The position numbers and the translations under genes are program-made. This document shows, piece by piece, positions 1-17,500 of a DNA stretch of 64,000 nt. Origin of the DNA: Eledone cirrhosa. Its lineage: Eukaryota. Under the pieces are notes generated by a model, which searched no databases, had not been told where the DNA came from, and worked only from the letters and a program-made list of their open reading frames with translations. The DNA lies in contig OZ024757.1 in assembly GCA_964016885.1 (NCBI GenBank), forward strand, positions 39,742,001 through 39,806,000. Direction: 5' to 3'. Numbering within the stretch: the stretch's first letter is position 1; each line of letters starts with the position of its first letter.

Positions 1-412
1 ATGTGTATATATAAATATATATATGTATATATATATAAATATATATATGTATATATATATATGTATATATATATGTATATGTATATATATATGTATATAT
101 ATATGTATATATATATGTATATATATGTATATATATATGTATATAAATATATGTATATATGTATATATATATGTATATAAATATATGTATATATGTATAT
201 ATATATGTATATAAATATATGTATATATATATATGTATATATATATATGTATATATATGTATATATATGTATATATATATATGTATATATATATATGTAT
301 ATATATATATGTATATATATGTATATATATATATGTATATATATATATGTATATATATATATGTATATATATGTATATATATATATATGTATATATATGT
401 ATATATATATGT

Positions 413-444
<32 letters not shown>

Positions 445-468
445 GTATATATATGTATATATATATGT

Positions 469-500
<32 letters not shown>

Positions 501-852
501 GTATATATATGTATATATATATGTATATATATGTATATGTATATATATATATGTATATATATATATGTATATATATATATGTATATATATATGTATATAT
601 ATGTATATATATATGTATATATATATATGTATATATATATGTATATATATATTTATATATATATGTATATATATGTGTATATATATATATATATGTATAT
701 ATATATGTATATATATATGTATATATATGTGTATATATATATATATATGTATATATATGTGTATATATATATATGTATATATATGTGTATATATATATAT
801 GTATATATATGTGTATATATATATATATATGTATATATATGTATATATATAT
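1..852. repeat. (TA)n/(TATG)-type compound microsatellite
   Basis: Almost pure TA dinucleotide run punctuated by G on the + strand. Confidence 0.98.
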
Positions 853-2062
853 ACTCTTTTACTCTTTTACCTGTTTCAGCCATCCGGCTGAGGCCATGCT
901 GGGGCACCGCCCTTGTTGCTACACATTTTATCTCCAGCCTGTATAGGTTGACCACTGGTGTAGGAGGGAGTTTGTTGCTGCTGCCCTTAGGTTTGCCTCG
1001 TGTCTTGCTGTGGGCTCATCCGGGATCCTGGATAACAAGGTGTCGAAATGTTTCTTAAAGACATCCACCTCCACGTCATGCAAGTCTCGCAGATGCCTCG
1101 GCAGCCTGTTGAAGAGTTGAGGGCCCTTGAATCCCAGGCTATTGCAATACCTGCTCCTTATTCTAGATTTGGAAGACGGGACCTTTGGCAACACACAGTG
1201 ACGTCCTGTTCGACGGTTGGTCTAGCTCCCAATGCCAAAGTTTGGTGCTAGTCCCTCCAGGATTTTCCACATGTAGATCACTGCGTATCTCTCCCGTCTT
1301 CGCTCCAAGGAGTAGAGGTTCAGTTCCTTCAGCCTCTCCCAGTAGCTTGTCTCCCTCATCTTGGCAATCCTCTTGGTGTAGCTTCGCTGGATTGCCTCAA
1401 GCTCCGTGGTTAGTTTGACACTATGGGGTGACCACAGCTGGGAGCAGTAGTCCAGGCGGCTTAGGACAAAAGTCCTCCACAGTGTCAACATGGTGTCTCG
1501 ATCTCTTGTAAGGAAAGTCCTCAAGATCCATCCAGCGAATCGTCTACATGCTGTCGCCACCTTCATGATGTGTGAAGAAAAAGATGCATCATCGCTCGTG
1601 TCTATGCCCAGGTCTCGTATCGATTTTGACACGGGATATCGGTCCCTCCTGGTCCTGTGTAGCTGTGTTCCGCTATATTTGTGTTTGTGTTTGCAGGTTT
1701 GTATTGTAGGGCTTGGAATTTGCCAGCATTAAACTGCATGTTGTTTTCTTCCGCCCATCTGTATATGGCATCCAGATCCTGCTGTAAGAGGGCAGCGTCA
1801 GCCGGGTTTTTGATTGCCTGTGCTACCTTAGTGTCATCAGCATAGCTAGTGAGGGATGTTGTTGCATGCACCACAGAGGGCATGTCCGAGAGAGCCACCA
1901 AAAACAGTAGTGGTCCCAGGGACTGTCCCCTGAGGCAACCCACTTGTTATCGGTGTTTCCCTCGAGAGGGCCCCATTTGCTGCGACTGCCTGGCTTCTGT
2001 CCCTTAGGAAGCCATGCAGCCACTCACCTACTTTTCCAGTTATGCCGAGTCCGTGTAGTTTG
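853..2062 (-). mobile_element. 5'-truncated, frameshifted CR1-group (CR1/L2/Crack-like) LINE: RT C-half plus intact 3' end
   Basis: Minus-strand frames give [86 protein letters not shown]; 3' end finishes in GTAAAAGA-GTAAAAGA tandem tail. Confidence 0.93.
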
Positions 2063-6015
<3,953 letters not shown>

Positions 6016-7120
6016 TCTGTGCATAGTATTTTCTGTCTGGCCCTTATTCACTCATTCATATATGTGTCTGTTTACCAACCTTGTAATTATACGTAATTAT
6101 ATATTATATTATGTTCATTATTTTATATTGAATGTGTTATTGTACTATTGATCCTTATTACTTACCGATGATTTTACGTACCATTATGATATGTTAAATT
6201 TTATATATCATGTAAGATGTTTATATTTTTGTACCATCATAATTTTGGGTATTGTACAATTCATTTTTTTTTCTCACCTACTCTGTAACTCTATATGAAT
6301 TGATTTGTTAACTTACATGCCATTATATATTATATATTATTATATTATTATTATAGTATTATTGTGACATCCATATTGTTTGTGTAAATTAACCGGAGAT
6401 TATCTATTATATTATATTATATATTATAAAATTATATAGTTTATTATATAATATATGTGTTACTTTTAATCATTTCATTACTTCATGTTATACTGTATAT
6501 TAGATATACGTATTATTATTATTTTTATTCCTATTATGCTTATTTATATTTAAACTCTTAATAAGGTTTATTTGTGCTGTTAATGATGGATATGTGTATT
6601 GATGTATATGTGCGTACGTGTGCGTACATATATACATATGTATATTGTGCCTTTTAATTTTAATTTTTAATTTTAATATTGTTACAAGTATATTATATTA
6701 TATTATATTGTATTATATATAGTACTATAATTCCCTGCTCTATATAACCACCTTTAGTTTTTTTGCTTTGGACTATATTTGTAATATGGTTCAAAATGTT
6801 ATCCACCTCCTTAGTGATTTTTATTATATATTTTTACCCATAATCTTCCAATACTTTAGTGTATGTACACTCGATATTCTTCTGAGTTTTCGGCTAGTAT
6901 TGGCCGATAGTACTTCTTGTGGTTTTGATTGCCCTGATGAGTCCTTAATAGGAGGAAACATTGTTGGCTAATAAAGACTTTTGATGTATTGAAGGCTTCT
7001 TTGTTTTATTTTCATAATTCTTCGGCTCTGTTTAATTGCATTGAGCTATACCTTTTACTGTCATTTCTATAATACGAAGAGGGTGTTTAACTTCAACACG
7101 CTCCAGTATTTTAATCCTTA
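6016..7120 (+). mobile_element. Degraded AT-rich remnant, probably Penelope-like (pseudo-LTR region)
   Basis: Bounded by TA tracts; contains a hammerhead-like motif at ~6930 followed by AATAAA and a ~150-bp tail; no ORF. Confidence 0.5.
6927..6972 (+). ncRNA. Degenerate minimal type I hammerhead ribozyme motif
   Basis: gattGCC-CTGATGA-GTCC-ttaata-GGAG-GAAA-C-att-G-TT-GGCtaat: stem I GCC/GGC, stem II GTCC/GGAG (one mismatch), GUU triplet. Confidence 0.7.
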
Positions 7121-7174
7121 TATATGTATATATATATATATAAGTATATATATAAATGTATATATATATAAATT

Positions 7175-7205
<31 letters not shown>

Positions 7206-7526
7206 GTATATATATATGTATATATGTATATGTATTTATATGTATATATGTATATGTATTTATATGTATATATGTATATGTATTTATATGTATATATGTA
7301 TATGTATAGATATGTGTATATGTATATGTATATATATATATAGATATGTATATATGTATATGTATATATATGTATATATATATATATGTATATATATGTA
7401 TATATATCTACATGTATATATATGTATATATATGTATATGTATATATATGTATATATATATAAATGTATATATGTATATGTATATATATGTATATATATG
7501 TATTTGTATATATATATATATGTATT

Positions 7527-7557
<31 letters not shown>

Positions 7558-7878
7558 GTATATATGTATATATATATATATGTATATATGTGTATATATA
7601 TATATATGTATATATATATATGTATATATGTGTATATATATATATGTGTATATATATATATGTATTTGTATATATATATATGTATATATATATGTATCTA
7701 TGTGTATATATATATATGTATATATATATCTATATGTATATATGTGTATATGTATATTTTTATATATATATGTATATATGTGTATATATATATATGTATG
7801 TATATATATATATGTATATATATATATGTATATATATATATGTATATATGTGTATATATATGTATGTATATATGTGTA

Positions 7879-7909
<31 letters not shown>

Positions 7910-8062
7910 ATGTATATATATGTATATGTATATATGTATATATGTATATATGTATATGTATGTATATGTATATATATATATGTATATATATGTGTATATA
8001 TATATATATATGTATATATGTAAATATGTATATAAGTATATATATATATGTGTATATATATA

Positions 8063-8105
<43 letters not shown>

Positions 8106-8350
8106 ATATATGTAAATATGTATATAAGTATATATATATATGTATATGTATATATATATATATTTCTATATATGTATATGTATATATATGTATATGTATA
8201 TATGTATATATGTATATATGTATATATGTATATGTATGTATATGTATATATATATATGTATATATATGTGTATATATATATATATATATATGTATATATG
8301 TAAATATGTATATAAGTATATATATATATGTGTATATATATATATGTATA

Positions 8351-8401
<51 letters not shown>

Positions 8402-8478
8402 GTAAATATGTATATAAGTATATATATATATGTATATGTATATATATATATATTTCTATATGCGTGTATATATATATG

Positions 8479-8523
<45 letters not shown>

Positions 8524-8870
8524 ATATATGTATATATATATATGTATATATGTATATATATGTATATATATATGTATATATGTATATATATGTATATATA
8601 TATATGTATGTGTATATATGTATATATGTATATATGTGTATATATGTATATATGTATATATGTGTATATATGTATATATGTGTATATATATATATATATA
8701 TATGGATATGTGTATATAGATGTATATATATGTATATATATATATATATGTATGTGTATATATATATGTATATGTATATATGTGTATGTATGTGTATATA
8801 TATATATGTATATATGTGTATATATATGTATATATATATATGTATATATATATGTGTATATATATATGTA
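7121..8870. repeat. (TA)n/(TG) compound microsatellite with internal block duplications
   Basis: tgtaaatatgtatataagta marker recurs four times between ~8020 and ~8420. Confidence 0.95.
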
Positions 8871-11800
8871 TTTTTACTCATTTACGAGTCATTTTAGTCA
8901 TTTATAATACCGTTTTAGTCATTTTAGACATTTATGTTGCAGTTTTAGCCATTTTAGAGCCATTTTAGTCATTTTAGTCGTTTTAGAGTCATTTTACTCA
9001 TTTGTGATGCTGTTTTAGCCACTTAGTGTCGTTTTAGTCCTGTATGATGCTGTTTTAGCCATTTTAGAGTCAGTTTAGTCATTTATGATGCCGTTTCAGC
9101 AATTTTGAATTATTTTAGTCATTTTACTCGTTTTAGTCGTTTTACCGTCATTTTAGTCATTCATTATGCCGTTTTAGTCATTTTAACCATTTAGAGACCG
9201 TTTAGCCTTTTAAGTGATGTTTTATCCTTTTAAGGTGACATTTAAGCTATTTTAGAGCCATTTCAACCCTTTTAGTGTTCTTTTAGTCGTTTTAGTTGGT
9301 TTCGTCTCATTTTAGTCATTTATGATGCCGTTTTAGCCGTTTGAGTGTCATTTTAGTCATTTTAGTCGTTTTAGTCGTTTCAAAGTCATTTTAGTCATTT
9401 TAGTCATTTATGATGCTGTTTTAGCCATTTTAGACTCATTTTAGAGTCATTTTAGAGTCATTTTAGTCATTTATGATGCAATTTTATCCATTTTAGAGCC
9501 ATTTTTGTCATTTTAGCCATTTTAGAGACATTTCAGTCATTTATGACGCTGTTTTAGCCATTCTAGTGTCATTTTTGTCCTTCATGATGGAGTTTTACTA
9601 ATTTTAGAGCCATTTTTGTCATTTTATCGTTTTAGACGTTCAAGAGTCGTTTCAGTTATTTATGATGCCGTTTTAGCCATTTTAGATCATTTTTGTTATT
9701 TATTATGCCGATTTAGACATTTTAACAATGTAGAGCTCGTTTAGCCATTTGAGTGACGTTTTATTCATTTAAAATGTCATTTTAGCTATTCTAGAGACAT
9801 TTCAGTCATTTATGACGCCGTTTTACTCATTTACGAGTCATTTTATTCATTTTAGTCGTTTTAGTCGTTTCAGAGTCATTTTAGTCATTTATGATGCCGT
9901 TTTACTCATTTACAGGTCATTTTAGTCATTTTAGTCATTTATGATTGCAATTTTAGCTATTTTAGAGCTATTTTTGTCATGTTAGACGTTTTAGTCGTTT
10001 TAGAGTCATTTTAGAGTCATTTTAGAGTCAATTTAGTCAATTATGATGCAGTTTTAGCCATTTAGTGTCATTTTAGTCATTTATGATCCGCTTTTACTAT
10101 TTTAGAGTTAATTTATCCATTTATCATGCAACTTTAGCCTTTTAATGTATTTTAGTCATTTATGATGCCGTTTTAGCCATTTTAGAGTCAATTTAGCCAT
10201 TTCTGATGCCGTTTTAACCTTTTTAGTGTAATTTTAGTCATTTATGAATCCGTTTTAGGAATTTTAGTGTCAATTAAGCCATTTATGATGACGTTTTAGC
10301 CATTTTAGAGTCATTTTAGTTATTTATGATGCGGTTTTGCCATTTTAGAGTCAATTAAGCCATTCATGGTGCCGTTTCAGCCTTATTAGAGTCATGTTAG
10401 TCATTTATGATGCCGTTTTAGCCATTTTAGAGTCAATTTAGCCATTTATGATGCCGTTTTAACCTTTTTAGTGTAATTTTAGTCATTTATGAATCCGTTT
10501 TAGGAATTTTAGTGTCAATTAAGCCATTTATGATGACGTTTTAGCCATTTTAGAGTCATTTTAGTTATTTATGATGCGGTTTTGCCATTTTAGAGTCAAT
10601 TAAGCCATTCATGGTGCCGTTTCAGCCTTATTAGAGTCATGTTAGTCATTTATGATGCCGTTTTAGCCATTTTAGAGTCAATTTATCCATTCATGATGCC
10701 GTTTTAGCCTTTTAATGTCATTTTAGTCATTTATGATGCCGTTTTAGCCTTTTTAGTCTCATTTTAGTCATTTATGATGCCGTTTTAGCCATTTTAAAGT
10801 CATTTTAGCCATTTATGAAGCGGTTTTAGTCTCTTTAGTGTCATTTTAGTCATTTATGATGCCGTTTTAGGCATATAGCCATTTATGATGCCGTTTTAAC
10901 TTTTTTAGTCTCATTTCAGTCATTTATGATGAGGTTTTAGCCATTTTAGAGTCAATTTACCCATTTATTATGCTGTTTTAGCCTTTCTATTGTCATTTTA
11001 GTCATTTATGATGCCGTTTTAGCCGTTTCAGAGTCAATTTAGTCATTTATGATGCCGTTTTAGCCATTTTAGAGTCAATTTAGCCATTTATGATGCCTTA
11101 TTAGCGTCATTTTAGTCATTTATGATGAAGGTTTAGACATTTTAGAGTCATTTCAGTCATTTATGATGCAGGTTTTACCATTTTAGTGTCAATTTAGCCA
11201 TTTATGAGGCAGTTTTAGCCTATTTAGTGTCATTTTAGTCATTTATGATGCTATTTTAGCCATTTTAGTGTCAATTTAGCCATTTTTGATATCGTTTTAG
11301 CCTTTCTAGTGTCATTTTAGACATTTATGATGACGTTTTACGCATTTTAGAGTCACTTTAGTCATTTATGATGCCGGTTTAGGCATTTTAGAGTCAATTT
11401 AGCCATTTATGATGCAGTTTTAGCCTTTTAATGTATTTTAGACATTTATGATGCCGTTTTAACCTTTTTAGTGTCATTTCAGTCATTTATGATGAGGTTT
11501 TAGCCATTTTAGAGTCAATTTACCCATTTATTATGCTGTTTTAGCCTTTCTATTGTCATTTTAGTCATTTATGATGCCGTTTTAGCCATTTCAGAGTCAA
11601 TTTAGCCATTTATGATGCCGTTTTAGCCATTTTAGAGTCAATTTAGCCATTTATGATGCTGTTTTAGCCTTATTAGCGTCATTGTAGTCATTTATGATGA
11701 AGGTTTAGCCATTTTAGAGTCATTTCAGTCATTTATGATGCTGGTTTTACCATTTTAGTGTCAATTTAGCCATATTTGAGGCAGTTTTAGCCTATTTAGT

Positions 11801-14330
11801 GTCATTTTAGTCATTTATGATGCCATTTTAGCCATGTTAGAGTAAATTTAGCCATTTATGATATCGTTTTAGCTTTTCTAGTGTCATTTTAGACATTTAT
11901 GATGACGTTTTACCCATTTTAGAGTCACTTTAGTCATTTATGATGCCGGTTTAGGCATTTTAGAGTCAATTTAGCCATTTATGTTGCAGTTTTAGCATTT
12001 TAATGTATTTTAGACATTTATGATGCCGTTTTAGCCATTTTAGAATCAATTTAGCCATTTATGATGCCGTTTTAGCCTTTTTAGTGTCATTTTAGTCATT
12101 TATGATGCCATTTAGCCTTTTTAGTCGCATTTTAGTCATTTATGATGCCGTTTTAGCCATTTCAAAGTCATTTTAGCCATTTATGAAGCGGTTTTAGTCT
12201 TTTTAGTGTCATTTTATTCATTTATGATGCCGTTTTAGGCATTTTAGTGTCAATTTAGCCATTTATGATGCCGTTTTAGCCTTTTTAGTGTCATTTTAGT
12301 CATTTATGATGAGGTTTTAGCCATTTTAGGGTCATTTAAGTTATTTATGATACCGTTTTAGCCAAACTAGTGTCAATTTAGCCATTTATAATGTCGTTTT
12401 AGCATTTTTAGGGTCATTTTAGTCATTTATGATGAGGTTTTAGCCATTTTAGAGTCATTTTAGTCATTCATGATGCCGTTTTAGCCTTTTTAGTGTCAAT
12501 TTAGCCATTGATGATTCTGTTTTAAACTTGTTAGTGTCATTTCAGTCATTTATGATGAGGTTTTAGCCATTTTAGAGTCAGTTTAGTCATTCATGATGCC
12601 GTTTTAGCCTTTTTAGTGTCAATTTAGCCATTTATGATGCTGTTTTAGCCTTTCTAGTGTTATTTTTGTCATTTATGATGTCGTTTTTCCCATTTTAGGG
12701 TCAATTTATCCATTTATCATGCAGCTTTAGCCTTTTAATGTATTTTAGTCATTTATGATGCCGTTTTAGCCATTTTAGAGTCAATTTAGCCATTTATGAT
12801 GCAGTTTTAGCCTTTTAATGTATTTTAGACATTTATGATGCCATTTTAGCCATTTGAGAGTCAATTTATCCATTCATGATGCCGTTTTAGCCTTTTAATG
12901 TCATTTTAGTCATTTATGATGCCGTTTTAGCCTTTTTAGTCTCATTTTAGTCATTTATGATGCCGTTTTACTCATTTACAGGTCATTTTAGTCATTTTAG
13001 TCATTTATGATTGCAATTTTAGCTATTTTAGAGCTATTTTTGTCATGTTAGACGTTTTAGTCGTTTTGGAGTCATTTTAGAGTCATTTTAGAGTCAATTT
13101 AGTCAATTATGATGCAGTTTTAGCCATTTAGTGTCATTTTAGTCATTTATGATCCGCTTTTACTATTTTAGAGTTAATTTATCCATTCATCATGCAACTT
13201 TAGCCTTTTAATGTATTTTAGTCATCTATGATGCCGTTTTAGCCATTTTAGAGTCAATTTAGCCATTTCTGATGCCGTTTTAACCTTTTTAGTGTAATTT
13301 TAGTCATTTATGAATCCGTTTTAGGAATTTTAGTGTCAATTAAGCCATTTATGATGACGTTTTAGCCATTTTAGAGTCATTTTAGTTATTTATGATGCCG
13401 TTTCAGCCTTATTAGAGTCATGTTAGTCATTTATGATGCCGTTTTAGCCATTTTAGAGTCAATTTAGCCATTTATGATGCCGTTTTAACCTTTTTAGTGT
13501 CATTTCAGTCATTTATGATGCCGTTTTAGCCATTTCAGAGTCAATTTAGTCATTTATGATGCCGTTTTAGCCATTTTAGTGTCAATTTAGCCATTTATGA
13601 TGCCGTTTTAGCCATTTTAGAGTCAATTTAGCCATTTATGATGCTGTTTTAGCCTTATTAGCGTCATTGTAGTCATTTATGATGAAGGTTTGGCCATTTT
13701 AGAGTCATTTCAGTCATTTATGATGCTGGTTTTACCATTTTAGTGTCAATTTAGCCATTTATGAGGCAGATTTAGCCTATTTAGTGTCATTTTAGTCATT
13801 TATGATGCTATTTTAGCCATTTTAGATTCAATTTAGCCATTTTTGATATCGTTGTAGCCTTTCTAGTGTCATTTTAGACATTTATGATGACGTTTTACGC
13901 ATTTTAGAGTCACTTTAGTCATTTATGATGCCGGTTTAGGCATTTTAGAGTCAATTTAGCCATTTATGATGCAGTTTTAGCCTTTTAATGTATTTTAGAC
14001 ATTTATGATGCCGTTTTAACCTTTTTAGTGTCATTTCAGTCATTTATGATGAGGTTTTAGCCATTTTAGAGTCAATTTACCCATTTATTATGCTGTTTTA
14101 GCCTTTCTATTGTCATTTTAGTCATTTATGATGCCGTTTTAGCCATTTCAGAGTCAATTTAGCCATTTATGATGCCGTTTTAGCCATTTTAGAGTCAATT
14201 TAGCCATTTATGATGCTGTTTTAGCCTTATTAGCGTCATTGTAGTCATTTATGATGAAGGTTTAGACATTTTAGAGTCATTTCAGTCAATTATGATGCTG
14301 GTTTTACCATTTTAGTGTCAATTTAGCTAT
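8871..14330 (+). repeat. Satellite array, TTTTAG orientation, mainly a 41-bp monomer (tttagccatttatgatgccgttttagccattttagagtcaa)
   Basis: 41-bp period (10441 vs 10482); ~245-bp duplication (10246 vs 10491); ~3.07-kb duplication (9911 vs 12977). Confidence 0.97.
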
Positions 14331-14530
14331 NNNNNNNNNNNNNNNNNNNNNNNNNNNNNNNNNNNNNNNNNNNNNNNNNNNNNNNNNNNNNNNNNNNNNN
14401 NNNNNNNNNNNNNNNNNNNNNNNNNNNNNNNNNNNNNNNNNNNNNNNNNNNNNNNNNNNNNNNNNNNNNNNNNNNNNNNNNNNNNNNNNNNNNNNNNNNN
14501 NNNNNNNNNNNNNNNNNNNNNNNNNNNNNN
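14331..14530. other. Assembly gap (200 N)
   Basis: Run of exactly 200 n, suggesting a fixed-size scaffolding gap. Confidence 0.99.
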
Positions 14531-17500
14531 AAAAAGTAATAAAATGACTCTAAAACGTCTAAAATAGCTGAAAAATGGCTATATAATGGCTAAAACGGCA
14601 TCATAATTGTCTAAAATGACTCTAAAACGTCTAAAATAACGGAAAATGGCTATATAATGGCTAAAAACTGCATCATAATTGACTAAAATGACTCTAAAAC
14701 GTCTAAAACGACTAAACTGCATCTAAAATGGCTAAAACTGCATCATAAATGACTAAAATGACTCTCAAATGGCTAAAACAGCATCATAATTGACTAAAAT
14801 GACTCTAAAACGTCTAAAATGACATAAAATGGCTATATAATGGCTCAAACAGCATAATGATTGATTAAAATGACTCTAAAACGTCTAAAATGATTCTAAA
14901 ATGGCTAAAACAGCGTCAAAAAGTAATAAAATGACTCTAAAACGTCTAAAATGACTGAAAATGGCTATATAATGGCTAAAACTGCATCATAATTGTCTAA
15001 AATGACTCTAAAACGTCTAAAATGACATAAAATGGCTATATAATGGCTAAAACAGCATAATAAATGACTAAAATGACTCTAAAACGTCTAAAACGACTAA
15101 ACTGCATCTAAAATGGCTAAAACTGCATCATTAATGACTAAACTGCCTCTAAAATGGCTAAAACAGCATCATAATTGACTAAAATGACTCTAAAACGTCT
15201 AAAATGACTATAAAATGGCTAAATCAGCATCATAGATGAATAAAATGACTCTAAAACGTCTAAAATAGCTGAAAATGGCTATATAATGGCTAAAACTGCA
15301 TCATAATTGTCTAAAATAACACTAAAACATCTAAAATGACATAAAATCGCTATATAATGGCTAAAACGGCATCATGATTGATTGAAATGACTCTAAAACG
15401 TCTAAAATGACATAAAATGGCTATATAATGGCTAAAACAGCATAATAATTGATTAAAATGACTCTAAAACGCCTAAAACGTCTAAAATGATTCTAAAATG
15501 GCTAAAACAGCGTCAAAAAGTAATAAAATGACTCTAAAACGTCTAAAATAGCTGAAAATGGCTATATAATGGCTAAAACGGCATCATAATTGTCTAAAAT
15601 GACTCTAAAACGTCTAAAATAACGGAAAATGGCTATATAATGGCTAAAACTGCATCATAATTGACTAAAATGACTCTAAAACGTCTAAAACGACTAAACT
15701 GCATCTAAAATGGCTAAAACTGCATCATAAATGACTAAAATGACTCTCAAATGGCTAAAACAGCATCATAATTGACTAAAATGACTCTAAAACGTCTAAA
15801 ATGACATAAAATGGCTATATAATGGCTCAAACAGCATAATGATTGATTAAAATGACTCTAAAACGTCTAAAATGATTCTAAAATGGCTAAAACAGCGTCA
15901 AAAAGTAATAAAATGACTCTAAAACGTCTAAAATGACTGAAAATGGCTATATAATGGCTAAAACTGCATCATAATTGTCTAAAATGACTCTAAAACGTCT
16001 AAAATGACATAAAATGGCTATATAATGGCTAAAACAGCATAATAAATGACTAAAATGACTCTAAAACGTCTAAAACGACTAAACTGCATCTAAAATGGCT
16101 AAAACTGCATCATTAATGACTAAACTGCCTCTAAAATGGCTAAAACAGCATCATAATTGACTAAAATGACTCTAAAACGTCTAAAATGACTATAAAATGG
16201 CTAAATCAGCATCATAGATGAATAAAATGACTCTAAAACGTCTAAAATAGCTGAAAATGGCTATATAATGGCTAAAACGGCATCATAATTGTCTAAAATG
16301 ACTCTAAAACATCTAAAATGACATAAAATCACTATATAATGGCTAAAACAGCATAATAAATGAATAAAATGACTCTAAAACGTCTAAAATGACAGAAAAT
16401 GGCTATATAATGGCTAAAACTGCATCATAATTGACTAAAATGACTCTAAAACGTCTAAAACGACTAAACTGCATCTAAAATGGCTAAAACTGCATCATAA
16501 ATGACTAAAATGACTCTCAAATGGCTAAAACAGCATCATAATTGACTAAAATGACTCTAAAACGTCTAAAATGACATAAAATGGCTATATAATGGCTCAA
16601 ACAGCATAATGATTGATTAAAATGACTCTAAAAACGTCTAAAACGTCTAAAATGATTCTAAAATGGCTAAAACAGCGTCAAAAAGTAATAAAATGACTCT
16701 AAAACGTCTAAAATGACTGAAAATGGCTATATAATGGCTAAAACTGCATCATAATTGTCTAAAATGACTCTAAAACGTCTAAAATGACATAAAATGGCTA
16801 TATAATGGCTAAAACAGCATAATAAATGACTAAAATGACTCTAAAACGTCTAAAACGACTAAACTGCATCTAAAATGGCTAAAACTGCATCATTAATGAC
16901 TAAACTGCCTCTAAAATGGCTAAAACAGCATCATAATTGACTAAAATGACTCTAAAACGTCTAAAATGACTATAAAATGGCTAAATCAGCATCATAGATG
17001 AATAAAATGACTCTAAAACGTCTAAAATAGCTGAAAATGGCTATATAATGGCTAAAACGGCATCATAATTGTCTAAAATGACTCTAAAACATCTAAAATG
17101 ACATAAAATCGCTATATAATGGCTAAAACAGCATAATAAATGAATAAAATGACTCTAAAACGTCTAAAATGACAGAAAATGGCTATATAATGGCTAAAAC
17201 TGCATCATAATTGACTAAAATGACTCTAAAACGTCTAAAACGACTAAACTGCATCTAATATGGCTAAAACTGCATCATAAATGACTAAAATGACTCTCAA
17301 ATGGCTAAAACAGCATCATAATTGACTAAAATGACTCTAAAACGTCTAAAATGACATAAAATGGCTATATAATGGCTAAAATGGCATCATGATTGATTAA
17401 AATGACTCTAAAACGTCTAAAATGACATAAAATGACTATAAAATGGCTAAATCAGCATCATAGATGAATAAAATGACTCTAAAACGTCTAAAATGACTGA

